A stretch of 64,000 nt of DNA from an uncultured virus (IMG/VR IMGVR_UViG_3300044922_001008) (IMGVR_UViG_3300044922_001008), one strand, 5' to 3'. Shown: positions 47,071-57,954, counted from the stretch's first letter. Notes: generated from the letters alone by a model not told the origin. Program-made: numbers and translations.

Positions 47071-47627
47071 TATCCTCCAAGATTTATAAAGAATTCATTT
47101 TCAATCCTCAAAAGATCATTAAGCAAAATTCCAGTCCACTCTCTATATTTAAGCATGTACTTGAATTCTCTTCCTTTTAATTCTTCAGTCTTCAAAAAAA
47201 CAAGCCAAGATTTTCTTGTTCTTTTCCAACAAAGCATAGGTTTTCTTTCACATCTAACAGAATCTGCAACAACCTGATCCAAGAAATGATCTAATTCTGT
47301 TGATCCATGTTCAAAAATTCCATTCAAATCAATGCCGTCATAACCGCCCTTTGATTCTAAACAAAATATAAAATTAGCAGGAACAATTAGATCGCCAGAA
47401 AAAACATCTCTAGCATGTTTAGGAAGATGACTGACTTGACCCCATCTATTTCCAGATCCAACCGATCTGGAAAAATCTTGACAATTAAATCTGGTGTTTA
47501 ATATTTTAGTTAGTTCTCTTTCGACTCTTCCACCTTTTTGTTTGCCATTTACTTTTTTTTTCTTTTTTTCTTTATTTTTCAATATGTCATCAACAACAAA
47601 ATCCTCATCATCATAATTATTTTCCAT
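47070..47627 (-). CDS. Holliday junction resolvase (PD-(D/E)XK, Hjc-like)
   Basis: GKQKGGRVERE, RSVGSG, GDL, ESK, PML.WKR. Confidence 0.8.
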   Translation of the reverse strand: MENNYDDEDFVVDDILKNKEKKKKKVNGKQKGGRVERELTKILNTRFNCQDFSRSVGSGNRWGQVSHLPKHARDVFSGDLIVPANFIFCLESKGGYDGIDLNGIFEHGSTELDHFLDQVVADSVRCERKPMLCWKRTRKSWLVFLKTEELKGREFKYMLKYREWTGILLNDLLRIENEFFINLGG

Positions 47628-47634
47628 GTAACCT

Positions 47635-48768
47635 CTAGTCGAAAATATTTTCTATATCTAAAAATGATTTTTTCTGTTCATCTAACAAAGATAAAATTTG
47701 TTCCACATCACTAACAGAAATAGAATTGTTCCTAAGTAATACTTGGGAATTTGCATAAATGTTTCTGCATGTCTCTTGTATCTTCTCGATTTTTTTTTCC
47801 ATTTCATCAAGGAGCTTATCAGCATCATCATCAGCTGCAGGAACATAATCTTCCCCTGTAGATAATGGAGTTATTATATTTACTTCTATATCATCTTTTG
47901 CAAGAGATAATGCATTTCCGCTATAAGACCATTCTTTACATTCAGATGAAGTTACATAATATTTGCTAGGATATGTAATATTTTGTTTTTCAGAATCTAA
48001 TGAAAAATGCCAAATCTCATGATCTATAACTTCAATTATTTTTGAATTGATTATTGATTTATCACCTAAAGCATTGGCTGCACTTTTCCAAATTGAAGGG
48101 TCTGAAAAGAAAAATATTTGACCAAGATTATTTCTCGCATCAGCAATCCATAATGGTCTATGTTCATTTCTAAATAACCATAAATTTCTACCATTATTAT
48201 TTTTCCACTCTCCAATAGCAACTGCCATATGACCTTGAGTTACATAAGAAAATATGTCTTTAATTCCAGCCATTCTTTCTCGTTCTGGCAAGATTCCGAT
48301 ATATTCATTTAAGAAATTTTCAGAGTATTGGTGTTTAGCTTGTTCGAATATTCTCAAAAGAATTTCAGAATCACATTGGGAATGAACATGATATTTCTTT
48401 TTCAAAGAATCATATTCATCAATTCTGCCGTTGTGAATTAATGCTATATTGCTTTTTTCGCTTAAGAATGGATGATTATTTTTATTTACCATCGGATTTC
48501 CAGAGCCACGACTAGCTCCACGGGCATGAACCAAAGCTAAATTCACTTCGACATTTTTGTTAGATTTCCAAATATCAGAATTTACAAATTCGCTAGATCT
48601 TCCCGGTTGTTTGTGAGTATAAACACTTCCATTATCTCCGCTTTCTGCCAACCAATATCCAGAAGCATCTATGCCACGAGAATCTAGCCTTTCGAATAAT
48701 TCAGATAAAAGTTCAAATGATAATGTGTTGTTTTTAGATTTCCCTATAAAGCCAGCTATTCCGCACAT
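47635..48768 (-). CDS. Class II glutamine amidotransferase (Ntn hydrolase)
   Basis: MCGIAG, RG.DASG, HAR.AS, NNHPF, HNG, CDSE. Confidence 0.88.
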   Translation of the reverse strand: MCGIAGFIGKSKNNTLSFELLSELFERLDSRGIDASGYWLAESGDNGSVYTHKQPGRSSEFVNSDIWKSNKNVEVNLALVHARGASRGSGNPMVNKNNHPFLSEKSNIALIHNGRIDEYDSLKKKYHVHSQCDSEILLRIFEQAKHQYSENFLNEYIGILPERERMAGIKDIFSYVTQGHMAVAIGEWKNNNGRNLWLFRNEHRPLWIADARNNLGQIFFFSDPSIWKSAANALGDKSIINSKIIEVIDHEIWHFSLDSEKQNITYPSKYYVTSSECKEWSYSGNALSLAKDDIEVNIITPLSTGEDYVPAADDDADKLLDEMEKKIEKIQETCRNIYANSQVLLRNNSISVSDVEQILSLLDEQKKSFLDIENIFD

Positions 48769-48777
48769 GGAATTCTC

Positions 48778-49302
48778 CTATATGTTTTTCAAATCCCCTG
48801 TGCTTCCTCCCAATGTAGGAACTTCTTGCTGTGGTGGTCCGCCGGGGCTTGTTGGTTGAATGACACTTTGATCAGATGGAGGAACAACCGCTTTTGCGGA
48901 TTTTTTAATTTTATCGGAAGTTCCCTTATCATCTTTTGTTTTTTGTATATCTGCTGATGCAATATCATTGATTGGTGAACCCAATTTATTGACAATATTT
49001 TTTATTGCCATATTTGATTTTGATAACGCATCTTCGAGCGAAATGTCATTTGTTCCATCTATAGACTTCAATAGCATCACACCAATATTTGAAAGCTTCT
49101 CTAAATGTTCTTTGTGTTCTTTAACATCCATGCTTCTTATAATTTTGCGAATTTGACCAACAATATTTTGAGTTGCAACAATGGTGGCTTTGCCCTTTTT
49201 TTGAGCTATATCACCTAGATTTTGCAAAGCATTGTAAATATCGCCAATCCTATTTGCTAAATCTCTTGTATCTTCATTTATAAGGAACTGTTTAAAATTC
49301 AT
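48778..49302 (-). CDS. Hypothetical protein with capsid-targeting-like N-terminus
   Basis: MNFKQFLINE; TAAATA 4 nt upstream of ATG. Confidence 0.75.
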   Translation of the reverse strand: MNFKQFLINEDTRDLANRIGDIYNALQNLGDIAQKKGKATIVATQNIVGQIRKIIRSMDVKEHKEHLEKLSNIGVMLLKSIDGTNDISLEDALSKSNMAIKNIVNKLGSPINDIASADIQKTKDDKGTSDKIKKSAKAVVPPSDQSVIQPTSPGGPPQQEVPTLGGSTGDLKNI

Positions 49303-50939
49303 ACTTTATTTATGGTTTCAGCTTCAAGTTTTTTGTTTTTAAGTGAAAAAGCAATCAATCCTACGAACAAAGGTGCTGCAGCTGTTAATTTGCTTTTAAA
49401 TTCTGGATGGGCTTGCGTTCCTACAAAATAAGGATGAATATCCCTATTTAATTCCATAATTTCCACAAGATTAGTTTGAGGGTTTCTGCCACTTACAATA
49501 AAACCTTTGGTTTCAAGCTGAGAAACATATTCCTCATTAACTTCGTAACGATGCCTGTGTCTTTCTTGAATGATTTTTTGACCATATAAGTCATAAACAA
49601 TTGAATCTTTTTTCAATTCGCAATCATATGACCCAAGCCTCATACTTGCAGCTTTTTTGACAATAGCCTCTTGTCCTTGAACGAACTTAACAACAGGATG
49701 TTTTGTTTCTTTGTCAAATTCCATGCTATTTGCATCATCTAATTTGCAAACATTTCTGGAAAATTCGATGACGGCACACTGCAACCCTAAGCATATTCCT
49801 AAAAATGGAATTTTCTTTTCACGAACATATTGAATGGCTTTTATTTTCCCCTCAATACCACGATTGTCAAAACCGCCGGGAATAATAATGCCATCCAACT
49901 CATCAAAAATTTTGTGCAACCCTCTGTTGTCTTTGTATTTTTCTAATTCTTCGCTTTTATACCACTTGATTAGAACTTTAGCATCATTAACGATTCCAGC
50001 ATGTAGTAACGCTTCTTTTAAAGAAATGTATGCTTCATCGCAATTATCATACTTCCCAAAAATTCCAATAGTCACAGGCTGAAGATTGTTGTTGGTATAT
50101 TTTTCAACCACATCTCGATACTTGTGTATTCTGCAAGAACTTCTATTTAAATGTAACAAATCAACAAACAAATCATCTACATGACGATCATAAAACGAAA
50201 GAGGAACTTGATAAATTGATTCAAAGTCAGGAGCATCAAAAACACATTCTCTAGTTACATTAGAAAGTTGAGAAACTTTTTTCATGATCTTTTCTGGCAC
50301 GGAGCTTTCTGTTCTGCAAAAAAGAACATCTGGCTGAAGTCCGTGTCTTTGCAATTCTTTTACAGCATTTTGCAAAGGCTTAGTCTTGAACTCCTTGATT
50401 GTTTTAACCCAAAGAATTGGAGCAACCATAACAATCAAAACATTAGCACGATGAATTTGTTTAAATAGTCGAATAGATTCAAAAAACGCAAAGCTTTCCG
50501 AGTCTCCGACTGTGCCACCGACTTCTGCGATAACAATATCGTGACTTTTACCCAAATCAACTAATCTTTTTTCAATCTTATCGGTTAGATGAGGATTAAC
50601 TTGAATAGTTTCACCAAGATATTTGCCATGCTCTTGCTCTTCAATTAATTCTTTTTGAAGAATCCCATGTGTGCAAATATTATTTTTACTAACAGTTATT
50701 CCAGCAATTCTTTCGTAATGTCCAAGATCCAAATCTGTTTCAGTTCCGTCATCACAGAGAAAACATTCACCATGTTCTCCGGGTCCAAGAATGCCAGCGT
50801 TGATATTGTAATATGGATCAAACTTAACTAGCGTAATATTATGACCACGAAGTCTTAGTAGAAGACCTATACTAGCAGCTGCGACACCTTTGCCTGTTCC
50901 AGAGATAACGCCACCAACTACAAAAATGTATTTAGCCAT
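49299..50939 (-). CDS. pyrG: CTP synthase
   Basis: GGVISGTGKG, KFDPY, ETDLDLGHYER, GGTVGD.ES, KTKP.Q, PGGF, GICLG.Q, ERHRHRYE, QAHPE. Confidence 0.96.
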   Translation of the reverse strand: MAKYIFVVGGVISGTGKGVAAASIGLLLRLRGHNITLVKFDPYYNINAGILGPGEHGECFLCDDGTETDLDLGHYERIAGITVSKNNICTHGILQKELIEEQEHGKYLGETIQVNPHLTDKIEKRLVDLGKSHDIVIAEVGGTVGDSESFAFFESIRLFKQIHRANVLIVMVAPILWVKTIKEFKTKPLQNAVKELQRHGLQPDVLFCRTESSVPEKIMKKVSQLSNVTRECVFDAPDFESIYQVPLSFYDRHVDDLFVDLLHLNRSSCRIHKYRDVVEKYTNNNLQPVTIGIFGKYDNCDEAYISLKEALLHAGIVNDAKVLIKWYKSEELEKYKDNRGLHKIFDELDGIIIPGGFDNRGIEGKIKAIQYVREKKIPFLGICLGLQCAVIEFSRNVCKLDDANSMEFDKETKHPVVKFVQGQEAIVKKAASMRLGSYDCELKKDSIVYDLYGQKIIQERHRHRYEVNEEYVSQLETKGFIVSGRNPQTNLVEIMELNRDIHPYFVGTQAHPEFKSKLTAAAPLFVGLIAFSLKNKKLEAETINKV

Positions 50940-50997
50940 TCTAAAGCCTCATTAAATCTATATTTTCTATTAGAGTAAGCTTAAAAAAAATGCCAAA

Positions 50998-53250
50998 TTA
51001 AAATAATTGACACGCACCTCCAGCACAAGCAACATTTTCCATAAGCTTAGTGTTATCTTCTTCTTCGTACATGGCAGTATAATCTACATCCTTGTAAACT
51101 CTACTCAAATCTTCCCATAATTTATTGTTGTTTATGTCTTTCAAAAGATAAGTAAGTTCTTTGACATTATTCTGTAAATGTCTTTCGGCAAATTGTTTTG
51201 CTCTTCTAACCCAATCTTTTTGTAAGTTGCAATGAACCCATTCTGATTGTAATTTTTGCATTATTTCATCATTTAATTTTTCTGGAACCTTTGGCTCTTG
51301 AACCTCGAAAACACCCAAGGCAGCATCACAAGCTCGCCATAAGTTATTATGAAATGCATGAAGTGCATCGACAATCAATCCAGATGCAAAGATGCAACCT
51401 TTTCCATATTTAATGACTATTTCGTCAACTGTAAGAACTCTCGTGAATGGAGCTTGTGGATAATCCAAATCTCCCGTGGAACCAAGCAAAGATATTCCAG
51501 CGAAACTTTTTCTATTATCATAAATAAAGCTTTCAACTGCTGACCATTCATGATCATGAACATTAATGGTATTGCTAACATTGTGAGACAACCAAGGAGC
51601 AGCACATATCTCTTTTCTTTTTCCACTCTCAATCCAATTTTCTTGTGTGAGTTTTACATATTCAAGCAATTGAATCGCATCAATGTTAGCTTTAGTTAGA
51701 GCATCCTTATGAGTCTCTATGAGAAAACTTATAACTTTGTCTGTTCCATTTGCACTCCATACGGATGTTTCTATTGCACTTGGATTTATCGTTGAGAAAT
51801 GTTGAATTGGATTTTCCATAGCGTTACTTTGAACTCTACGGATATATCTTTCAGCATGATGTGGATGAATACCACTCGATGTTTGTAAAATACAAGAAGT
51901 AGTTCCAGCAGGTTTTACTGTTGTGCTTCTTGCTGATAAATTAATTCCAATCTTATTTGCAATATCAGCATTTACTTCTAATACCAATCCAGCCATTTCT
52001 CTCTGAATAGAAGGATCAAAGCAAATCTTAGGATTATCCATCATGCCTGTGATCGAAACACCAAGCAAAGATTCTTTCTTTGTTATGCTTTCACTTATAG
52101 AACCCAAATAATCAAACTTTGTATATCCAGATTGCAAAGTTCCAATTATAGAAGCAACTCTTACAGCCAAAGCAAAATTTTCTTTTGATGTTAATTTGCT
52201 TCCATTTATTTCAGTCAAATTACAAAATTGGAATCCAGAGTTTCCAAATTCGTCATATCCACGCAAACTAATTTCGTTGCAAGGATTAAATAATTGTTCG
52301 TTAACACAATCCGTCCAAACAATTCCCGGCTCTCCAAATTGTTTGGTTGATTCAAATAATTTGTGATATTCTTCAAATGTAGTTGTTGCTTTGTCTAGCA
52401 AAACCGAATTATTGCTTCTAGCTCTTTGTGGATTTTCATAATACCAAGACCCAGTTTTTGCAGTCATCATTTCATTGTCTTCTTTAGAAAACAAAACAAT
52501 AACAGCAGATCTTCTAATTCCACCGCTAAGAACGCAATCACTTGCATGCAAAAGATAATCCATGCAATCTATTGGTCTAATTTTTCTAAGATTCAATTCC
52601 AAACAATTATTCATTAATGAACGGCATTTTTCTAAACTATTTTCCAAAGGTTTAGGACCCGGAGCTTTTCCAATTCCATAAGACAAAGGCGAACCTTGAG
52701 GTCTTATTTTGGAATAATTGAAAGATACTCTTTTCCCATAATATTCATGAAATTGCAAATGTGGCAAATAAGACGCAAGTAAAACACCAAATGCATCCGC
52801 CCATCCTTCTATTGAATCTTCTATTTCGTAAATCTTTTCTTCGGAAAAATCTTTTGCACTTTTCAAACCATTGTGGAAATTAGGCATTTTATCAACATGA
52901 TTTTTAGTCACGCTAACGCCAACACCACAACCGCAAAGCAAAAGCCAAATCGCTTCTTGAAAAAAACTAGGTCGATCACAATAACCAGCAGAACAATTAT
53001 AAATTCTAGCTTCTTTTTTCAAAATTGGAGTTCCACCAAACTGCAATGCTCTTTGACTTCCAAGTGCCACTTTATTATGAACATGCTCAAATGCGAAATT
53101 TATCTCATCTGCAACCATGGGAAATTTTGTCAAATGCATGTTTTTGACACGCTCAATAGCTTCATGCCAAGTTTCTCTTCTTCCTAATTCTTTGTTATAA
53201 CGAGCATAACGAGAAACGAATGTATAATCCGACAATGCTTTAGTTGACAT
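50998..53250 (-). CDS. Ribonucleotide reductase (class II/RTPR-like)
   Basis: SRYAR, RETW, QRALQFGG, YNC, GG.RRSA, GEPG, NPCNE, CNLTE, TVKPAGT, C-terminal ACAGGAC. Confidence 0.88.
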   Translation of the reverse strand: MSTKALSDYTFVSRYARYNKELGRRETWHEAIERVKNMHLTKFPMVADEINFAFEHVHNKVALGSQRALQFGGTPILKKEARIYNCSAGYCDRPSFFQEAIWLLLCGCGVGVSVTKNHVDKMPNFHNGLKSAKDFSEEKIYEIEDSIEGWADAFGVLLASYLPHLQFHEYYGKRVSFNYSKIRPQGSPLSYGIGKAPGPKPLENSLEKCRSLMNNCLELNLRKIRPIDCMDYLLHASDCVLSGGIRRSAVIVLFSKEDNEMMTAKTGSWYYENPQRARSNNSVLLDKATTTFEEYHKLFESTKQFGEPGIVWTDCVNEQLFNPCNEISLRGYDEFGNSGFQFCNLTEINGSKLTSKENFALAVRVASIIGTLQSGYTKFDYLGSISESITKKESLLGVSITGMMDNPKICFDPSIQREMAGLVLEVNADIANKIGINLSARSTTVKPAGTTSCILQTSSGIHPHHAERYIRRVQSNAMENPIQHFSTINPSAIETSVWSANGTDKVISFLIETHKDALTKANIDAIQLLEYVKLTQENWIESGKRKEICAAPWLSHNVSNTINVHDHEWSAVESFIYDNRKSFAGISLLGSTGDLDYPQAPFTRVLTVDEIVIKYGKGCIFASGLIVDALHAFHNNLWRACDAALGVFEVQEPKVPEKLNDEIMQKLQSEWVHCNLQKDWVRRAKQFAERHLQNNVKELTYLLKDINNNKLWEDLSRVYKDVDYTAMYEEEDNTKLMENVACAGGACQLF

Positions 53251-53321
53251 TTGATGCCTCTTTAATTTAATTGTGTTGGGAATATATGTAAGAAAGAAGG
53301 TTGAATTTTTTTCAAAAAAAA

Positions 53322-55346
53322 CTATTTATTTAAAATTGTAAAACCATCTTCATGTATCAAATTTATAGTATCAGCAGTTTCCAGCATTTTTATCAAATCT
53401 TTATCATGAGTCGTAATAAATACTTGCTTTTCTTGTGACAGTTCCTGAATCATATTGTAAATCCCTTGTACGCCTAACGGATCAATATTTGTTGTAACTT
53501 CGTCCAAGAAAACAATGGATGGTATGGTTCCACAACTAATCATCATGATGTCTGCAAATGCCTGAGAAACGGCAAGATTTAATCTTCTACGCTGACCAGC
53601 AGACATTGCATGGTAAATATACGGATCGCCATTTTGTGGATTTCGTTCTATCGTTTCATTAAATTCATTATCAAACTTAAGTGTAAGCTTATTATCAATC
53701 AAGAATTGCAACCAATAAGCAATTCTGTTGTTGAGTTGTGGTATAATTCCATCAACAACTATCTTTCTAATTCCTTTTTCTCCAAATCCAGCTTGCCAAT
53801 ATTGATAATATTTCAGATTGTCTTCTGATTCTTTAATAGATTTCGACTTTTCTTGACATGATTCTTCGTTAGTCTTTACAAATTCTTTTTCAGAAACGAT
53901 GATATCTTCAAATGGACTTTTGCCATTTAATTCTTCGTTTTTTGCAGTGATTGAATCTCTTATTTGTGATATCTCCTGCTCCATAAGCAATTCGTAGCTA
54001 TCAGCCTTTGGTTCCTTAACCTTCATTGCAACTGATATTTTATTTCTTTCTAATTTTATCTTTGTTATATGGCTATTTGATAAAGATTCTTTTGTAGAAA
54101 TAAATTCTTTTATCTTATTTTGTTTATCTGCAATATCTTGCATTTTTGTTGAGAGTTCACTGGCACTGGTGATTAGGACAGACAAGTCTCTATTTGCTTC
54201 GTCTATTTCTTTTTGATCTTCATCTATAACTCTTTTGATATTTTTAGAATCAATAACTCCATAACAATGATCGCAGGTTGATCCATGTTCGTTAGAACCC
54301 AATGATGCTATGTGTTGTTTTTTATTTTCTATAAATCTACGATGTGTATTTACTCCAAGCTTTATTTCTTCTCCTTTGGATCTTAATTCCAAAGCAACTT
54401 CTCGTATCTTTTCTTCTTTTTCTTTGGCTAACTTTATTTTTCCTTGTTCATCTTCAATCAATTTATCTAATTCATCAATAATTTTAGATGATTCTTGTAT
54501 TGTTTTTTGTGCATCTTGATAGGCAAGCAATTCTGCTCCATGAGATGTTTTTCCTAATTTTTCTTTTTTATCATCTAATGATTTTTGTAAATTATCAACT
54601 TCTGATTTCTTAGTTCTCTTCCAATCTGATTCTTTTTGTTCTGCTTGTTGTAATCGCCTTTTCGATTGATCTTCGTTAGTTCGAAGAATATCATACTCTC
54701 TAGTTAACATCTTTATGTTTGCTGTTGTTTCAGAAACAAACTTTTTTGCTCTTTCTTGTTTTTCACGATAAGAGGAAAGAGCCAAAAGGTTTTCAACAAT
54801 TTCTCTTTTTAATGCAGCATTAGCTTCTAAAAATGACGATGACTGGTCATCTGTGAATATACATATATTTACAAATGCCTCATAAGACAAGCCTATGGAG
54901 TCTTCAATTAAGACTTGAGTTTCATCCATACTGCCAGTTGTTATTTCGGTGGTATCATTCCATTCTTGTGATTCACTTTCCCAAAATTGCAAAGAATTCT
55001 TTTTTCGACATCGAACAATTCTGTAATTGCCCCATTGCAATTCAACCATACAGTTTTTACCAACAAGATTGTTGATAACACCATCTTTGGTTATTGCTGA
55101 AGGCTTCTTAATTGTCTTTCCATACAACCCATAAGAGATAATTTCTTGAATGCTGCTCTTTCCAGAGCCATTAGAACTTATCTTTACTTCATCGCAAGTA
55201 GGGCTTTCTTCTGTTTTTTTGACATCTCTATTTTCACCTCTGATGAAAACGATAGATCCATAGTCATCGAATTTTAATTCGATACCTTTGGGTCCAAAAC
55301 ACAAAAAATTCTTAGCAGTCAGATATTTAAATTTTAAACTTTTCAT
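53322..55346 (-). CDS. Recombination ATPase/exonuclease subunit (T4 gp46, SbcC/Rad50-like)
   Basis: KNFLCFG, SNGSGKSS, CDHC zinc hook, MSAGQ signature, FLDE, ITTH. Confidence 0.92.
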   Translation of the reverse strand: MKSLKFKYLTAKNFLCFGPKGIELKFDDYGSIVFIRGENRDVKKTEESPTCDEVKISSNGSGKSSIQEIISYGLYGKTIKKPSAITKDGVINNLVGKNCMVELQWGNYRIVRCRKKNSLQFWESESQEWNDTTEITTGSMDETQVLIEDSIGLSYEAFVNICIFTDDQSSSFLEANAALKREIVENLLALSSYREKQERAKKFVSETTANIKMLTREYDILRTNEDQSKRRLQQAEQKESDWKRTKKSEVDNLQKSLDDKKEKLGKTSHGAELLAYQDAQKTIQESSKIIDELDKLIEDEQGKIKLAKEKEEKIREVALELRSKGEEIKLGVNTHRRFIENKKQHIASLGSNEHGSTCDHCYGVIDSKNIKRVIDEDQKEIDEANRDLSVLITSASELSTKMQDIADKQNKIKEFISTKESLSNSHITKIKLERNKISVAMKVKEPKADSYELLMEQEISQIRDSITAKNEELNGKSPFEDIIVSEKEFVKTNEESCQEKSKSIKESEDNLKYYQYWQAGFGEKGIRKIVVDGIIPQLNNRIAYWLQFLIDNKLTLKFDNEFNETIERNPQNGDPYIYHAMSAGQRRRLNLAVSQAFADIMMISCGTIPSIVFLDEVTTNIDPLGVQGIYNMIQELSQEKQVFITTHDKDLIKMLETADTINLIHEDGFTILNK

Positions 55347-55360
55347 TCTGTAAGGATAAT

Positions 55361-56140
55361 TTATTTTATAAATCTTTTCAAGATTTGATTTGAAAATTTT
55401 GTTCGATCCCATTGATGAAAAACGCAAAACCTATCTTTTTTTTGATTTTCAACCAATCCATCAATCATTTGTACATCATAAGGAAGCAAAAATTCTTTTT
55501 CTGCTTCGCCAGTGAGACAAAAGCTATCTTTTCGAGGATCGAATAAATGCATCTTTCCGGTAGATTTAAGATTGTTATAAATAAAATTTAAAACCGCTTG
55601 GTCTGTACAAAATGGTCTTCCGAGGCAGTTTGACCACATCAAAAAACAAAAATCAATGATGTTTTTTCTGTAAGAAATACAAACACCACCATTAACTACA
55701 CACCAATCTGTGTAATTTTCTAAATCTTCCATTTGATTTTTTTGCAAATTCATTTGATCAATCATATTGAATGAAGATGATTGATGCTCAAATCCCTCAC
55801 AACAAACTCCAACTGCAAATTCTGGACAATATGAGAATGGGTCGTGCTGGAAAAGAATATCTCTAGAGTCAGTAATGATTACCTTGTCACAATTAGATTT
55901 AGATAAATATTTCCAAAAAGAATGCCAACGATTTGTAAATATTTTTTTATTTTTTCGAGGTTCGGTTATTATTTCACAACCATATTCCTCAATTTTTGAT
56001 ATGTATTTAGAATCAATCCCATCCGTCAAACAAATAAATTTATTATTGAATTTTATTTTAGATATAGATGAAAAGTAAACCTGATATTGATTCCAATTAA
56101 GATCATCAATATTGTTAGCCCAAGTTAGATATAGGTTCAA
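55361..56140 (-). CDS. GT-A glycosyltransferase-like protein
   Basis: RW..F, ITDSRDILFQ.DPF, NGG, DQAVLN, HQWDR. Confidence 0.75.
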   Translation of the reverse strand: MNLYLTWANNIDDLNWNQYQVYFSSISKIKFNNKFICLTDGIDSKYISKIEEYGCEIITEPRKNKKIFTNRWHSFWKYLSKSNCDKVIITDSRDILFQHDPFSYCPEFAVGVCCEGFEHQSSSFNMIDQMNLQKNQMEDLENYTDWCVVNGGVCISYRKNIIDFCFLMWSNCLGRPFCTDQAVLNFIYNNLKSTGKMHLFDPRKDSFCLTGEAEKEFLLPYDVQMIDGLVENQKKDRFCVFHQWDRTKFSNQILKRFIK

Positions 56141-56862
56141 TTACTTTTCTTCCTTACAAGAAAATTTTTCATAGTTGTCTTTGGATGACCATAAAATTCA
56201 AATTGCCACTTTTCATATAAGTCTGGATATTTTTTTTGGAAGGAGAAGTCCAGATCAGAGATATTATCAGTAACCTGCTTAATACTACGATTGTAATGAA
56301 TAAATTTTGGCTTTACATCAGAAGACAATCTATTAGGTTCTAAGCAATTCCAAATATTATCGATCTGAGCTATTCTTTTATTGAAATTGACAAAACCAGA
56401 TATGGAATGTTCAAATTGAAAGAACTTTTCAAAGGTTCTATAGTCACGATACATTTGCCATCCAAAGTTAGAACCATAACAAAAGCCCATGTTATAATCA
56501 CTGGCAAACATTAAGTATTCATCAGTTTTTATTTCAAATAAATCAGAGATGTCATCATTGAAATAACCATCTATGTCAAAATAAGAAAACATTCCTTGAC
56601 TATGAGCCTGTAACTCAGAGATGGTATCAAATACCTCTCGTCTTTTATCAGTGACATTTTTCTTAGACAGAACAACGATATTGTTTAATTTTAAAACATC
56701 TATAATTTTTTGATTTTCGATGTCAAAGGCAAGCAAAATAACCATGCCATCAAAATTTGCAATTTCCTTGAGGGATGCAAACCAAGAAATGCCATATTTC
56801 ACAAAATAAGCTTCATCAAATGAAGATACTAAAAATTTATTCAACTTATCTCCTTCTCGCAA
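56137..56862 (-). CDS. GT8-like glycosyltransferase-like protein
   Basis: DEAY...SL, YFDID.YF..DI..LF, N.GF, WN, FIHY. Confidence 0.55.
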   Translation of the reverse strand: MREGDKLNKFLVSSFDEAYFVKYGISWFASLKEIANFDGMVILLAFDIENQKIIDVLKLNNIVVLSKKNVTDKRREVFDTISELQAHSQGMFSYFDIDGYFNDDISDLFEIKTDEYLMFASDYNMGFCYGSNFGWQMYRDYRTFEKFFQFEHSISGFVNFNKRIAQIDNIWNCLEPNRLSSDVKPKFIHYNRSIKQVTDNISDLDFSFQKKYPDLYEKWQFEFYGHPKTTMKNFLVRKKSN

Positions 56863-57914
56863 ATGATTTTTCCAATCTGTATAAGCTTATCTCTATCAAG
56901 ATCGCCAGTGCCAACAATGTCAACATACTGAGTGATCATTTCGTCTTCTTTAAATATTATTGCCTTTGCATTATCAATAGAATCAATATCAATTTTTCTT
57001 TTCTGTTGTCTAATTTCAAGACTTCCCAAATTTTTATCCTTAGATATGTCTTTACGCATATCCAACAAATCTGTGGCGGAGATATCATCTACAACAACTC
57101 GAACGAAATTCTTATCTAAATCATATTTTTCTATGTCCTCTGGAGATATGACAAGGTGTTTTGGCGAAAAATCATTTGTTATATATTCTTTTTTCCCACT
57201 CTTACAATTTAAAATAATAATATGTTTTTCTTGGAATGCCTCTCCAAAAGAAAGTTCAAGAGGAGAACCAATGTATTCAACATTAGGCTCCAGAACTTGA
57301 GAGCAATGATAATGACCAAGATATACATGTTTGTACTTTTTAAACAAATTTGGGCTAATCTTTACCATCTCGCCATCATGCTCTATTGCAACATCTGCAA
57401 TTGAACTTCCATGTAAAATAGCACCATCAATAGCCAAATGACCAAGAGCGTACTTTGGATCTCCATTTTCACTATCGAGTTTTGTTATTGCACTAATTGG
57501 ATCATGCGTAAAAGGAATCATATCCCATAGACTTTCCTCTATATTCAACCTAAGAGGCTTATCAATAACTTTAACATTTGGCAAAGACGACAAAGGAGTG
57601 ACACTACTGATGGAAGTTTGGTCGTTGAACCAAAGGTCATGATTTCCCAAAACAAGATATAAATGAAAAATATCTTTTTTCAGCCACTTCTGTAAAATTT
57701 CAAAAGTTTTTTGGTATGTGTAAACATCTATTTTCTGGCGATCATGAAAAAGATCTCCACCAAATAGAATTGATTTTATTTTTCTTTTTTCTGCGGTTTC
57801 AAAAACCCAATCAAGAACCTTGAGACAATCTTCCAGTCTCTCATTTCTTCTTTTGTGTGGGTGTATATGGATATCTGTAAAAAGCAAAACTTCATTCATT
57901 GATAAAATCTCCAT
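56841..57914 (-). CDS. Recombination nuclease subunit (T4 gp47, SbcD/Mre11-like)
   Basis: TDIH, GGDLFH, GNHD, GHL, GHYH, YIGSP...FGE. Confidence 0.92.
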   Translation of the reverse strand: MEILSMNEVLLFTDIHIHPHKRRNERLEDCLKVLDWVFETAEKRKIKSILFGGDLFHDRQKIDVYTYQKTFEILQKWLKKDIFHLYLVLGNHDLWFNDQTSISSVTPLSSLPNVKVIDKPLRLNIEESLWDMIPFTHDPISAITKLDSENGDPKYALGHLAIDGAILHGSSIADVAIEHDGEMVKISPNLFKKYKHVYLGHYHCSQVLEPNVEYIGSPLELSFGEAFQEKHIIILNCKSGKKEYITNDFSPKHLVISPEDIEKYDLDKNFVRVVVDDISATDLLDMRKDISKDKNLGSLEIRQQKRKIDIDSIDNAKAIIFKEDEMITQYVDIVGTGDLDRDKLIQIGKIICEKEIS

Positions 57915-57954
57915 TAGTTTTATAAACTAAACTAAAAATGGATATAAATCAATG

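Noticed and set aside
50998..53250. Intein or intron in the ribonucleotide reductase or other core genes
   Set aside because: Lengths are ordinary; no splicing or homing-endonuclease motifs seen.
55347..55427. N-terminal extension of the gp46-like ORF
   Set aside because: Overlaps the upstream gene; the family-typical start is MKSLKFKYLTAKNF at 55346.
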